Source of the DNA: Acidimicrobiales bacterium
Lineage (GTDB): Bacteria; Actinomycetota; Acidimicrobiia; Acidimicrobiales; Bin134
Length of the DNA: 64,000 nt
Direction of reading: 5' to 3'
Assembly: GCA_965208805.1 (NCBI GenBank)
Contig: OZ242355.1
Span: 1,584,267 to 1,648,266, forward strand
In this document: piece by piece, positions 1-9,822 of the stretch
How the letters are laid out: each line of letters opens with the position of its first letter
Numbering within the stretch: the first letter of the stretch is position 1
Notes under the pieces: model-generated
What the model was told of the DNA's origin: nothing
Databases searched by the model: none
Seen by the model: only the letters and a program-made list of their open reading frames with translations
Made by a program: the position numbers and the translations under genes

Positions 1-316
1 CGAGGTGGAGATGGGGGAAAAGACACTGCCGGCGGGCGACATGGTGTATCTGGTGCAGCACGCCGCCAATCGGGATCCCGAGGCATTCGACCAGCCCGAT
101 CGCTTCGACATTGCCCGTGATCCCAACAACCACATTGGCTTCGGATTCGGTCTGCACTTCTGTCTGGGGGCATCGGTGGCCCGGTTGGAGGGGACGATCG
201 CCTTGGAGGCCCTCGTTCGCCGCCTACCCAATCTAGAACTCGGTTCCGAACCTGAGGTGTGGGTGCCCACCATGTTGAGCCGGGGTTTGGAGCATCTGCC
301 GGTGAGCCTGTCGTGA
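1..316 (+). CDS. Cytochrome P450, C-terminal part (5' truncated by window)
   Basis: AANRDPEAF, PDRF and heme motif FGFGLHFCLG. Confidence 0.92.
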   Translation, partial: EVEMGEKTLPAGDMVYLVQHAANRDPEAFDQPDRFDIARDPNNHIGFGFGLHFCLGASVARLEGTIALEALVRRLPNLELGSEPEVWVPTMLSRGLEHLPVSLS

Positions 317-1071
317 GCTGGTCCCGACCCTTGGAGGGCATGGGTGCGGTAGTCACCGGGGCCACCGGCGACATCGGTGGGGCCATCGCCCAGGTTCTGG
401 TCGACCAGGGGGCTCGAGTTGGCCTCATTGCCCGGAGGGCCGAGCGGTTGGAGGAACTAGCCGGCGAGCTGGGAGATGATGGCGCTCAGGTTTCTGTCGC
501 CCCTTGCGATGTGACTGACCCCGAGGCGGTTACCGCTGCCGCTGAGGCGATCAACGAGGCGATTGGCCCGATCGACATCCTCATAAACAACGCGGGGGGC
601 GCCCGGTTCACCGCCCCGGTACTCGATATCGCTGAGTCCGGATGGTCGAAGACCGTGGCTCTCAACCTGACGGCGCCGTTCTTGGTGTCGCAGGCGTTCG
701 GCCGATCGATGATCGAGCGGGGCGGGGGCAGCATCGTCAACGTCGGATCGCTGTCGGGCTTGCGCCATCTACCTGGGATGGCGGCCTACTCGGCGGCCAA
801 GGGCGGCCTGTTCCAGCAGACCAAAGCCCTGGCCCGCGAGTGGGCTCCCCACGGAGTACGGGTGAACGCGGTAGCCCCTGGTTTCGTGGACACCAGCGGC
901 TGGGACAGCTACGACAAAGACGCGGTGGTGGCCGAGGCCGGCATCGGCATCCCGCTGGGCCGGTGGGCGACCGCCGACGAAGTAGCTCTGCCGGTGGCTT
1001 TCCTAGCGTCTCCGGCCGCCTCCTACGTCACCGGCGCGGTGCTGGTGATTGACGGGGGAATGTTGGCCTAG
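313..1071 (+). CDS. SDR-family oxidoreductase
   Basis: TGATGDIG, NNAG, YSAAK; GTG at 313 overlaps the P450 stop (GTGA). Confidence 0.9.
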   Translation: MSWSRPLEGMGAVVTGATGDIGGAIAQVLVDQGARVGLIARRAERLEELAGELGDDGAQVSVAPCDVTDPEAVTAAAEAINEAIGPIDILINNAGGARFTAPVLDIAESGWSKTVALNLTAPFLVSQAFGRSMIERGGGSIVNVGSLSGLRHLPGMAAYSAAKGGLFQQTKALAREWAPHGVRVNAVAPGFVDTSGWDSYDKDAVVAEAGIGIPLGRWATADEVALPVAFLASPAASYVTGAVLVIDGGMLA

Positions 1072-1075
1072 GCAG

Positions 1076-1846
1076 TCAGTTGCTGGTCAGGCGCAGTCCG
1101 GCGTCTAACCGCACAACCTCGCCGTTGAGGAACACGTTTTCCATGAAGTGAACCACCAAGTTGCCCACGTCGGCGGGCGTGCCCAAGCGGTGGGGGAACA
1201 CATTGTCCTCCACCAACTTGGCAATGAAGTCCTCGTTTAGGGTGGCCAGCATGGGGGTGTCCATGGTGCCCGGCGCGATGGTCATCACCCGGATGCCCCA
1301 CACCGCCAGGTCGCGGGCCATGGGCAGGGTCAAACCGATCACGCCGGCCTTGGACGATCCGTAGGCCGACTGGCCCACCTGGCCCTCGTAGCCGGCGATG
1401 GAGGCGATGTTCACGATCAGGCCCCGCTCACCGTCGGCATTGGGCTCGTTGGCCGACATGGCCGACACCGCGTGGCGGGCCACGTCGAACAGGCCGATCA
1501 GGTTCACCTCGATGTGACGGCGGAAGTGGTCTAGGTCGTTGGGGGTGCCATCACGGGACACCACCCGCTGTCCGGAGCTGATTCCTGCGCAGCTCACTAG
1601 TACGTCGATGCGGCCGTGCGCCTCGACTGCCGCCGCCACGGCTTGGGCAACATCATCGGTATCTGTGACGTCCACAGGCACGAAGGCTGCGCTGTCGCCC
1701 AGTTCGTCGGCCATGGCCTGTCCTGCCGACGAGGGCAGATCCAAGATCACCGCCCTGCCGCCCTTGTCGAGCAGCGTCTTGACCGCCCCAGCGCCCAAAC
1801 CAGAGGCGCCGCCCGTGACCAGGGCTACAGAATTTGCGACGTCCAT
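1076..1846 (-). CDS. SDR, 3-hydroxyacyl-CoA dehydrogenase type II (HSD17B10-like)
   Basis: TGGASGLG, GQVGQSAYGSSKAG, TLPMARDLA, LNGEVVRLDAG. Confidence 0.88.
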   Translation of the reverse strand: MDVANSVALVTGGASGLGAGAVKTLLDKGGRAVILDLPSSAGQAMADELGDSAAFVPVDVTDTDDVAQAVAAAVEAHGRIDVLVSCAGISSGQRVVSRDGTPNDLDHFRRHIEVNLIGLFDVARHAVSAMSANEPNADGERGLIVNIASIAGYEGQVGQSAYGSSKAGVIGLTLPMARDLAVWGIRVMTIAPGTMDTPMLATLNEDFIAKLVEDNVFPHRLGTPADVGNLVVHFMENVFLNGEVVRLDAGLRLTSN

Positions 1847-1849
1847 AAC

Positions 1850-2647
1850 TCAGAACTCCCGGAGGCGGGCGCTGGTTGGGTCCACTTCGGTGCGCAGAAT
1901 GTGCAGTTCTTCCGCGGTGGGCTCAGCCGTTGAGGGAACGTCGCCATCGGGCATAACCACCTCGAACCCGGTGGCATCCTGCACCTGCTCGGCGGTGACA
2001 CCCGGGTGCAGCGACGCCAACCGCATCCGCTTGCTGACCGGCTCGAAGTCGAACACGCACAGATTGGTGATGCACAGCTGCGGCCCGCCAGGCATGCCCA
2101 AACGCTCCCGGTGGTCGCCCCCATCGCCCCAGCCCATACCGGAACGGAAGTCGAGCTGATCAACGAAGGTGCGGGGGTCGTGGGTGGACGACCACAGATA
2201 GATGCGGGGGATCATGGCCCCGAGGTCGGCCATGCCGCCACCGCCGGGCAGCCGCACCTTGGGAGCGTCATAGGGGCCGATCACGGTGTTGTTCACGTTG
2301 CCGTAGGCATCCATCTGCGCGCCTCGAAAGGCGAACGTGTTGTAGCGGGCCCCCTGGGCGAAGGCCCAGAAGTCGAAGGTGGAGTTGCTCAGCATGGAGG
2401 CACCGCCCCACAGCGAGTCCGACAGGGTGGAATCGCCGATCTCGTCGGGGTCGGCGTCGATGGCGATGGAGCTGGCCGCCCACACCAACTCCGGGGCGTG
2501 GGTGCGCCGGGCCAGCAGATAGCCGCTCACCGGTATGAACGACACCGCGCCGTTGAATGCCCGGGTGTCGTTGGACATGGCCCGGGAAAAGGTCACCACT
2601 ATGAGCTCGTCCATGGTGCAGTCGTAGCCGGGAACCGGAGTGCTCAT
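1850..2647 (-). CDS. CoA-transferase family I beta subunit (GctB/IpdB-like)
   Basis: LARRTHAP, GAQMDAYGNVN, VRLPGGGG, ITNLCVFDF, SLHPGVT; start ATG 2647 overlaps the alpha-subunit stop. Confidence 0.88.
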   Translation of the reverse strand: MSTPVPGYDCTMDELIVVTFSRAMSNDTRAFNGAVSFIPVSGYLLARRTHAPELVWAASSIAIDADPDEIGDSTLSDSLWGGASMLSNSTFDFWAFAQGARYNTFAFRGAQMDAYGNVNNTVIGPYDAPKVRLPGGGGMADLGAMIPRIYLWSSTHDPRTFVDQLDFRSGMGWGDGGDHRERLGMPGGPQLCITNLCVFDFEPVSKRMRLASLHPGVTAEQVQDATGFEVVMPDGDVPSTAEPTAEELHILRTEVDPTSARLREF

Positions 2648-3513
2648 GTCGATGCCCCCGCAGTAACGCTGTTCACGGCCAGGAAGTCCTCCCAGGTCTC
2701 CGGGCCGACCACTCGTTCTTGGAAGAACTGTGTGAACGTATCCCGGTCGCGGGCGGCCTGGGAATACGCCATGAAGAATTCCGAGTCGTGGCTGTAGTCG
2801 GGAAAGCACGAGCACGGGTAAGCCCCCCGCGGGGCCGGAGCCACCGCATCGATCATGAATCCCGGATAGGTCGTCCGTTCCGGTTCAGCGGCGAAAGTCG
2901 CGGTGTCCGCGGTCCGCTCCACCGACACCACCGTGCGGCCAGCGGCGTTCACGACTTCGTTGTCCAACCACATCAGCTTGGGGTTGACCCTTGTGTTGCC
3001 CCGGTCGTCGGCTTCGTGGGCATGGACCAGGGCCACATCCACCGGTAGGCGGGTGCAGGCCACATAGTGCTCTCCGGTGGGGCCGTCCTTTTCCTCCCGC
3101 ACCGTCCCTGAGGCGGCGTGCAGTCCCAGCACGTCGGTGCCCAGGCCGGCCTTGGTGGGTATGAATGGCAAGTCATGGCTCTGGGCTTGAAGGCGGCAAA
3201 CCAACAGGTGCTCGCTGTACTCCTCGATGGCCACCTGGCCCGACTGCACTGCGGCCCGGAAGTTGGGGGCCAAACCCAAGCCTTCGAAGCTGACCAGCCC
3301 CGAGACGACCCGGCGCACGCATCCCCCGGCCACCAGCCAGTCCACCGCCATGCCCGACACGATGGCCACCAGCTCGAGATCTTTCTTCTCTTGGCGGACC
3401 AGTTCGCGCACCAATGCCATAGGGGCACTGTTCATCGACATGCCACCGATGGCCACGGTGGAACCGTCGGGTATCGAGGCGGCAGCCTGCTCCAATGTTG
3501 TGACTTTGCTCAT
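2644..3513 (-). CDS. CoA-transferase family I alpha subunit (GctA/IpdA-like)
   Basis: IPDGSTVAIGG, PMALVRELVRQ, LPFIPT..GLGTD, VALVHAHEADDRGN, PRGAYP. Confidence 0.88.
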   Translation of the reverse strand: MSKVTTLEQAAASIPDGSTVAIGGMSMNSAPMALVRELVRQEKKDLELVAIVSGMAVDWLVAGGCVRRVVSGLVSFEGLGLAPNFRAAVQSGQVAIEEYSEHLLVCRLQAQSHDLPFIPTKAGLGTDVLGLHAASGTVREEKDGPTGEHYVACTRLPVDVALVHAHEADDRGNTRVNPKLMWLDNEVVNAAGRTVVSVERTADTATFAAEPERTTYPGFMIDAVAPAPRGAYPCSCFPDYSHDSEFFMAYSQAARDRDTFTQFFQERVVGPETWEDFLAVNSVTAGAST

Positions 3514-3568
3514 GGGATTTATCGCTTCCCCCTGGAGTCGGCATTCTTGAAGTTCTTGCAGCCCGCCG

Positions 3569-3574
3569 TACTAT
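3569..3574 (+). promoter_or_regulatory. Putative -10 box (TACTAT) of a leaderless P450 transcript
   Basis: TAnnnT 7 nt before ATG 3582, no SD; the pattern recurs in the window. Confidence 0.55.
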
Positions 3575-3581
3575 ACGGCCC

Positions 3582-4805
3582 ATGACCGATGCCCCAGACA
3601 TCCTTTCGCCCGAGTACGACGCCAACCCCTACCCGTTCTACGAGGTGCTGCGCAACGAGCATCCCGTGATGTGGCACGAGGGCACCCAGGCTTACGTGAT
3701 CAGCCGCTATGAGGACGTGGCCGGGGCGTTTCGAAACCCCCAGATCTCCAGCCGCAACTACGAGTGGCAGACCGAGCCGGTCCACGGGCGGACCATTTTG
3801 CAGATGGAGGGCAAGGAGCACTCGTCCTATCGGGGCATCGTCAACCCTATATTCCGGGGCAGCTACCTGGAGCAGAGCATCGTGCCGGCCATCACCAAGG
3901 CAGCCCGCCAGCAGATCGGCGAATTCCTGGCCGATGGCGAGGTGGACCTGTGCAAGCGGTTCAGCACCTACTACCCGATCGGGGTTATCGTGCAGCTCCT
4001 CGATCTCCCCATGGAAGACGTACCCCAATTCTACGAGTGGTACACGATGATCATGGACTTCGTTTCAAACATCACCGGCGACGAGGAGAAGAACCGCCGG
4101 GGCATGGCTGCTCGGGCGGAGATGGGGGAGTACCTCATGCCCAAGATTGCCGAACGGCGGGCCAACCCCGGCGACGACCTGCTCACCGCCATGGTGACCA
4201 AGGAGTTCGACGGCGTGCAGATGAGCGACGACGACATCCGCGGCTTTTGCAGCCTGCTTTTGACCGCGGGCGGGGAGACCACCGAAAAGGCCATCACGCT
4301 CACCATGCGGAACCTCCTGGACAATCCCGAGCAGATGGCCGAGGTACGGGCCGACCGCCAGCTCATTGGCAGCGCCTTTGCCGAGACGCTGCGCTTCACC
4401 GGGCCGGTGCAGATGATTATGCGCCACACCGATGAACCCGTTGAGTTCTCCGGGGGCAAGGTGCAGGCGGGCTACACCCTGGAGTTGCTGCTGGGGGCGG
4501 CCAACCGGGACCCGGAGGCGTTCAGCGAGCCCGACCGGTTCAACATCCACCGCACCGACATGGAGTTCGACAAGGCGTTCACCGCCGCAGCCGACCACAC
4601 CGCGTTCGCGCTGGGCCGCCACTTCTGTGTCGGGTCGATGCTGGCCCGAGCCGAGCTGACCGTGGCCATGGACGCTCTATTGGATGCCATGGACGACATC
4701 GCCTACGCCAAGGGCTACGAGCAGGTAGAGACTGGCGTTTACACCCGGGGATTGACCTCGCTGCCGCTGACTTTTACGCCGAATCCAAATTTCGTTCCCG
4801 GCTGA
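3582..4805 (+). CDS. Cytochrome P450, CYP159-like (related to CYP134/CypX)
   Basis: PDILSPE, EPVHGRTILQ, AGGETT, ETLR, AFTAAADH.AFALGRHFCVG, GVYTRG; closely resembles Streptomyces CYP159 as recalled. Confidence 0.88.
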   Translation: MTDAPDILSPEYDANPYPFYEVLRNEHPVMWHEGTQAYVISRYEDVAGAFRNPQISSRNYEWQTEPVHGRTILQMEGKEHSSYRGIVNPIFRGSYLEQSIVPAITKAARQQIGEFLADGEVDLCKRFSTYYPIGVIVQLLDLPMEDVPQFYEWYTMIMDFVSNITGDEEKNRRGMAARAEMGEYLMPKIAERRANPGDDLLTAMVTKEFDGVQMSDDDIRGFCSLLLTAGGETTEKAITLTMRNLLDNPEQMAEVRADRQLIGSAFAETLRFTGPVQMIMRHTDEPVEFSGGKVQAGYTLELLLGAANRDPEAFSEPDRFNIHRTDMEFDKAFTAAADHTAFALGRHFCVGSMLARAELTVAMDALLDAMDDIAYAKGYEQVETGVYTRGLTSLPLTFTPNPNFVPG

Positions 4806-4852
4806 GGGCGGGTCCGCCTTACACTGATTGCGGTCTTCTAGACCAACCATGT

Positions 4853-4907
4853 TGAGTCGGAGCGAGGGTGGTAGAACCTCTTTTTCTGGGTGACTCGCTT
4901 CGGCTCA
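4853..4907. terminator. Long hairpin between convergent genes
   Basis: TGAGTCGGAGCGAG (4853-4866) pairs with CTCGCTTCGGCTCA (4894-4907), with 2 G-U pairs. Confidence 0.6.
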
Positions 4908-4911
4908 GCGC

Positions 4912-6525
4912 CTACCGCGGCACCACGTAGCCCGCGTCGTCGCGGTCCCAAGTGTCAGCCGTGACGCCCTCTTCGCGGAGCTTGAACTTCTGCACTCGCT
5001 CAGACGGAGTCTTGGGCAAGTCATCGCACCAGCGCACGTAGCGGGGAACGGCGAAGTGGGCCATGCGGGGCACGCAGAAGTCCAGTAGCTCGGTTTCAGA
5101 GAGCTCGTAGTCGGGCTTGCGCACCACCACGGCCATTACCTCCTCTTCGCCCAACTCAGAGGGAACGCCGATCACCGCTGACTCCAGCACCGCGTCGCAG
5201 GTGTTGATCACGGCCTCCACCTCATAGGAGGAGATGTTCTCGCCCCGGCGGCGCACGCAGTCCTTCATGCGGTCGATGAAGGTCAGGTATCCGTCCTCGT
5301 CGAGACGGCCCCGGTCGCCGGTGTGGAACCACAGATTGCGGAACGCCTTCACCGTGGCGTCGGGCATGTCGAAGTAGTTGTCGATCATGATGTGGGGCTT
5401 CTTGGGCCGCACCACGATCTCGCCCGCGGTTCCGGGGGGCACCGGTTGGTCTTCGGTATCTACTACCTGAACGTGGTACAGGGCCGACTCCCGGCCTGCG
5501 GTGCCGATCTTGCGCATGCCCCGGCGGTTCTCGGTGGTGATGGCCACCTCGGTCATGCCGTACACCTCACTGAGGTGGACACCGAAGCGCTCCTCGAACG
5601 CCTCCCATATTTCCACTGGGCAAGGGGCGCCGAAGCCGTTGCGCACCGGATTGTCGGCGTCGTCGGGGCGCTCGGGCTGCTTCCACAGCATCATGATCAG
5701 GCCGCCCTGGTAATTGAAAGCGGTGATGCCCTCGGCCCGGCAGCGGTCCCAAAATCGGCTGGCCGAGAACCGCCGGTCCATGATGAGGCGGGCGTCGGCC
5801 TCCATGGCGCACATAACGCTGGTGTACTTGGCGTTGATGTGGAACAGCGGGAAGGCGGTGTAGAGCACGTCTTCCCGGTCGTAGCCCACCAAATCCACTG
5901 TGTGTCGGGCCAGGTTGAGGTTGGCCTCGTGGCACAGCATTACGCCTTTGGAGGGCCCAGTAGTGCCCGAGGTGTACAAAATGACCGCGGTATCCCGGTA
6001 GTCGACGTCGGGTTCGGGAGCAGGGGAGTCGAGGTACAGGTCAGCCAACTCGTGGACGGTGATGTGGCCGGGGAATTCCGGGGTGCCTGCATCTTCTGTC
6101 CCCTCAGCCCGATTGACCACCACGTGCTCAAGGCCGGGCAGGCTTGGGGACGCCTCGGCGATGCGGTCGAGGTAGTCGGCATCGCACACCACCGCCGAGG
6201 AGCGCGACTGACTCACCAAGTACTCCAGCAGGTGGCCCCTATATGCCTGGTTGATGGGCACCTCCACAATGCCGGCCTTGTTCATGGCGAACCAGGCGTC
6301 GATGCACTCCAGCGAGTTCTGCATCATCAAGCAGGAACGGTCGCCTGCTTCCAGGCCCAGGGAGGCCAAACCGGCGGCCAAGCGGTCGGAGTCCTGGTGG
6401 ACACCGTCATAGGTCTTGTCCCGGCCCTCCACGGTCAGCGCAAGGCGGTCGCCGTTGGCCTCGGCCTTGTGGCCGATCCAGGCGCCGATAGTGCGCGGCT
6501 GGGCTGGTTTGGAAGAAGAGCTCAT
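4912..6525 (-). CDS. ATP-dependent acyl-CoA ligase (CaiC-like)
   Basis: YTSGTTGPSKG, YGMTE, WFHTGD, RRRGENISS, LPKTPS; start placed at ATG 6525 with a GAGGAGG SD. Confidence 0.9.
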   Translation of the reverse strand: MSSSSKPAQPRTIGAWIGHKAEANGDRLALTVEGRDKTYDGVHQDSDRLAAGLASLGLEAGDRSCLMMQNSLECIDAWFAMNKAGIVEVPINQAYRGHLLEYLVSQSRSSAVVCDADYLDRIAEASPSLPGLEHVVVNRAEGTEDAGTPEFPGHITVHELADLYLDSPAPEPDVDYRDTAVILYTSGTTGPSKGVMLCHEANLNLARHTVDLVGYDREDVLYTAFPLFHINAKYTSVMCAMEADARLIMDRRFSASRFWDRCRAEGITAFNYQGGLIMMLWKQPERPDDADNPVRNGFGAPCPVEIWEAFEERFGVHLSEVYGMTEVAITTENRRGMRKIGTAGRESALYHVQVVDTEDQPVPPGTAGEIVVRPKKPHIMIDNYFDMPDATVKAFRNLWFHTGDRGRLDEDGYLTFIDRMKDCVRRRGENISSYEVEAVINTCDAVLESAVIGVPSELGEEEVMAVVVRKPDYELSETELLDFCVPRMAHFAVPRYVRWCDDLPKTPSERVQKFKLREEGVTADTWDRDDAGYVVPR

Positions 6526-6536
6526 GGTTGCCCTCC

Positions 6537-7319
6537 TCAGTTCAGCACTTCGGGGGCCTCGCGCAGCAGCCGCCGCACTGCGCCTTCCCAGTAGTACCGA
6601 ACCGTCATGTGGTGGCTGTTGACCGCGGCCTTCAGGGTGGGGCGTTGTTCGGGGGGCACCGGCACCGGGGTTTGGCCAGCCTGCATGGCGTCGTAGTTGA
6701 GCCGGCACACCCGCTCGAAGTTGGAAGCCCGGTACACGGCCTGCTCAGTGGTCTCTCCGGCGATGAGCACCCCGTGGTTGGCCAGGATCACCGCGGTGGC
6801 GCTGCCCACCGCGTCGGCCAAGTGCTGGCCCCCGGCGGCGTCGTCCACCCCGCCGGTGTAGGTGCCGAATAGGGCGATGTCGCCGTCGAACATGCAGGCC
6901 TGCTGGTCGGTGATCTCGGGCAGCTTGTGCATGGTGGACAGGAGGCTGCCGTAGTAGGGGTGGTTGTGGATCACCACCCGGGCATCGGGGCGAGCCCGGT
7001 GCATCTCGGTGTGGATGAACACCGCCGGAGTGACGTCCCAGCGGCCCTCCAGCACCTCGCCATCGGCGTCGATGGCCAAGATGTCGGAGGCGGTGATCTC
7101 GTTCCACCACAGCCCATAGGGGGTACACCACATGGAGCCGTCGTCGGCGTCGTCTCGCACCACGGTGATGTGACCGGCCACATCCAACGCATATCCCTCG
7201 GCGTCGAGGATGCGGGCGGCGCAGGCGATCTTCTGGGGCACGGTGAGCGGCTGGTCGAGTCCGGGCATCACCCGGGGAAATCCGCTTTGTCCGGCGATGG
7301 CTTCGTCAAGCTTGCCCAT
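6537..7319 (-). CDS. Class II aldolase/adducin-family protein
   Basis: AGHIT, FIHTEMHRARPD, VIHNH, ILANHG metal-binding motifs. Confidence 0.88.
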   Translation of the reverse strand: MGKLDEAIAGQSGFPRVMPGLDQPLTVPQKIACAARILDAEGYALDVAGHITVVRDDADDGSMWCTPYGLWWNEITASDILAIDADGEVLEGRWDVTPAVFIHTEMHRARPDARVVIHNHPYYGSLLSTMHKLPEITDQQACMFDGDIALFGTYTGGVDDAAGGQHLADAVGSATAVILANHGVLIAGETTEQAVYRASNFERVCRLNYDAMQAGQTPVPVPPEQRPTLKAAVNSHHMTVRYYWEGAVRRLLREAPEVLN

Positions 7320-7443
7320 ACCCTGCTAGATAGCACACTTGGAAGCTGCCCAAAGAATATGGGAACACCGGAAGGGGCGAGCTATGGGATGGAGAACAAT
7401 GGGCGATGCCGGATATCCGGCCGGCTTGGACTCAAATCCGACG

Positions 7444-7968
7444 GTGTCGCCCCGCATTCAACGCTGGGATCACATCGGGATCGCAGTGCGCTCCATCGAG
7501 GCCGCCGTGCCGCTGTTTCGGGATGTGTTCGGCGGGCAGTTCGTGATGGGGGGCGACGATATGCAGTTGGACATCCGCACCGCCATGTTCAAGCTGCCCG
7601 ACACCGTGAAAGTGGAGCTGATGGAGCCGCTGAGCGAGGAAAGCTACCTGCGCCGTTTCATCGACAATCGCGGGGAGGGGTTCCACCATGTAACGATCTT
7701 CGTGGACGAGGTGGAAACAACCATCGTGGACCTGGAGGCCGCTGGCTATGAGGTGGTCGACACCAACTTGGCCGAGCCTCACTGGCGGGAGACCTATGTG
7801 CGGCCCAAGTCAGGGCACGGCTGCCTGTTTCAGATCGTGGACTCTGCCATCGACTGGCTCGAGCCTCATCCGCACTGCACCGTCGAGGATGTGATAGCTG
7901 GCAAGTGGCGCTGGTGGAGGAGCCAAATCTGGCACGTCGACCAACTGCCCGACGGCTACACGGAGTAA
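7444..7968 (+). CDS. VOC-family protein (methylmalonyl-CoA epimerase-like)
   Basis: DHIGIAV, KVELMEP, GEGFHHV, RPKSGHGCLFQIV; start uncertain (GTG 7444). Confidence 0.82.
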   Translation: MSPRIQRWDHIGIAVRSIEAAVPLFRDVFGGQFVMGGDDMQLDIRTAMFKLPDTVKVELMEPLSEESYLRRFIDNRGEGFHHVTIFVDEVETTIVDLEAAGYEVVDTNLAEPHWRETYVRPKSGHGCLFQIVDSAIDWLEPHPHCTVEDVIAGKWRWWRSQIWHVDQLPDGYTE

Positions 7969-7972
7969 GGGG

Positions 7973-9613
7973 TTACAGCCCGAGTTCAGCTTGGAGTTTG
8001 TCGGCGAGGCGGAACTTTTGGATTTTGGTGGCCGACATGGGCCATTCGTTGGGGGCGACTAACTGGACGTGGCGGGGGATCTTGAAGCTGGCGATCTGGC
8101 CCCGGCAGTATTCGATCAGCTCTTCCTCGGTGGCCTCGGCGTCGGGCTTAAGCTCGACGAATGCGGCGGGAACCTCGACGTACTTCTCGTCGGGCAGGGG
8201 TACCACCTGAGCAATGGCCACTGCCGGATGGGTTTGGAGGTAGCTCTCGATCTCTACCGCGGCCACGTTCTCGCCGCCTACCTTGAGCATGTCCTTGGTG
8301 CGGCCCAGATAACTGATGCGCCCCTCGGGGTCGAGTGAGCCGATGTCGCCGGTGAAGAACCAGCCCTCGTCGTCGAAACACTCGGCGTTCTTCTCCGGGT
8401 CTTTGTAGTAGCCCTCGAACACGTTGTAGCCCCGCACCCAGATCTCTCCCGGTTGGTTGGGCTCGGTCAGCGTCTCTCTGGTCTCGAGGTCCTTGATCTT
8501 CACCTCAATGCCCCTAAATGGGCGGCCCGACGACACAGCCCAGGTCTCCGGCGGGTCGTCGGGGCCGGAGAAGGACACCACGCCGCCGCACTCGGTGAGT
8601 CCGTAGGCATTCACGTGGCGGGCCCAGGGGAGCAGGGCGTGGATGGCCCGCAGAGCATCGGGCGGTGCCACGTTGTTCATTAGCCGGATGCGCTGGAACT
8701 CGTCGGAATCCCAGTCGGGGTGGTTGATCATGGCCTGAGTGACCGGTGGGAATGTGGAGAAGCACACCGTGGCCTTCTCATCCCGCATCTGCGCGATGGC
8801 CTCGGCTGGGTCGAAGTGGGTGATGGTCACGTAGGACGACCCCGCGTCCAGGCAGCCGATGAGGGGGAGAATCGAGCTCATGTGGAACAGGGGGAGCGGG
8901 TCCCAGAACACGTCGGTGTCGGTCAGCTCGAAGCGGGTCCGACAGGCGGTGACCGCGGTGCGCACCAGCGACTCGTGGTTCAAGGGGCAGCCCTTGGGCT
9001 CTGCGGTGGTGCCCGAGGTGTAGATCATGAGGGCTTCGTTCCGGATGGCCACCTGCGAGCGCAACAGCTCCACCTCGTCGTCGGTGGCGGCGTCGGCCAA
9101 GGCCTCGAATCCGGCCCGGTCCACCATTCCAGCCGGGGAGGTGCTGCCCAGCAGGACCACTGCCTTGAGCTCGGGGGCAACGTCCAGGTCGAGGTTGGCC
9201 GGATCAGGGGCGTCGGCCAGGCCGGGCAGGCAGTCGTGGAGGATTACCACATAGTCGGTGAACTGGTCGATGATGTCGCTGGTGACCAGCACCTTCAGGT
9301 CGGCGTTCTCGGTGACATAGGCCAGTTCCCGCCCCTTGAAGCGGGCATTGATGGGAACCGGGACCGCGCCAATGAGCGCCACTCCGAACATCACCTCGAT
9401 GAAGTCCATGCAGTTAGGCATAAGGATCCCCACCCGATCCTGAGGCCGAACTCCCAGCCCCAAAAGCGACCGAGCCGACCGTCGTGCGGCGGCCTCCAAC
9501 GAGTTGAAACTGTGCCGCGTATCCGGAAACACCACCGCGTCCTGGTCTCCGTAAAGCGCAGCCCCCCGCACCACCAGATCGCCATACGTGCTCACATCAA
9601 CCCAAGTGCTCAT
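7973..9613 (-). CDS. AMP-binding acyl-CoA synthetase
   Basis: YTSGTTAEPKG, AYGLTE, GWFFTGD, KVGGENV, KIQK. Confidence 0.9.
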   Translation of the reverse strand: MSTWVDVSTYGDLVVRGAALYGDQDAVVFPDTRHSFNSLEAAARRSARSLLGLGVRPQDRVGILMPNCMDFIEVMFGVALIGAVPVPINARFKGRELAYVTENADLKVLVTSDIIDQFTDYVVILHDCLPGLADAPDPANLDLDVAPELKAVVLLGSTSPAGMVDRAGFEALADAATDDEVELLRSQVAIRNEALMIYTSGTTAEPKGCPLNHESLVRTAVTACRTRFELTDTDVFWDPLPLFHMSSILPLIGCLDAGSSYVTITHFDPAEAIAQMRDEKATVCFSTFPPVTQAMINHPDWDSDEFQRIRLMNNVAPPDALRAIHALLPWARHVNAYGLTECGGVVSFSGPDDPPETWAVSSGRPFRGIEVKIKDLETRETLTEPNQPGEIWVRGYNVFEGYYKDPEKNAECFDDEGWFFTGDIGSLDPEGRISYLGRTKDMLKVGGENVAAVEIESYLQTHPAVAIAQVVPLPDEKYVEVPAAFVELKPDAEATEEELIEYCRGQIASFKIPRHVQLVAPNEWPMSATKIQKFRLADKLQAELGL

Positions 9614-9822
9614 CCCCGTAGCTTCGCGCGCTCACTCTCATCTAGACGAAAAGTGTGCTTTGCCACCGTTCTGCGCCAAGAAGCTTCTACTTGCGACCCA
9701 GATTCGATCCGAGAGTGTTCACGCCAATCTCGGGCCAGGAAGTGTCACTCGTCTCCTGATAATGACATCAGTGTGAGCTGAGATCGCACTACCGTCTACA
9801 TCAAGAAAGCGAGGGACCGAGG

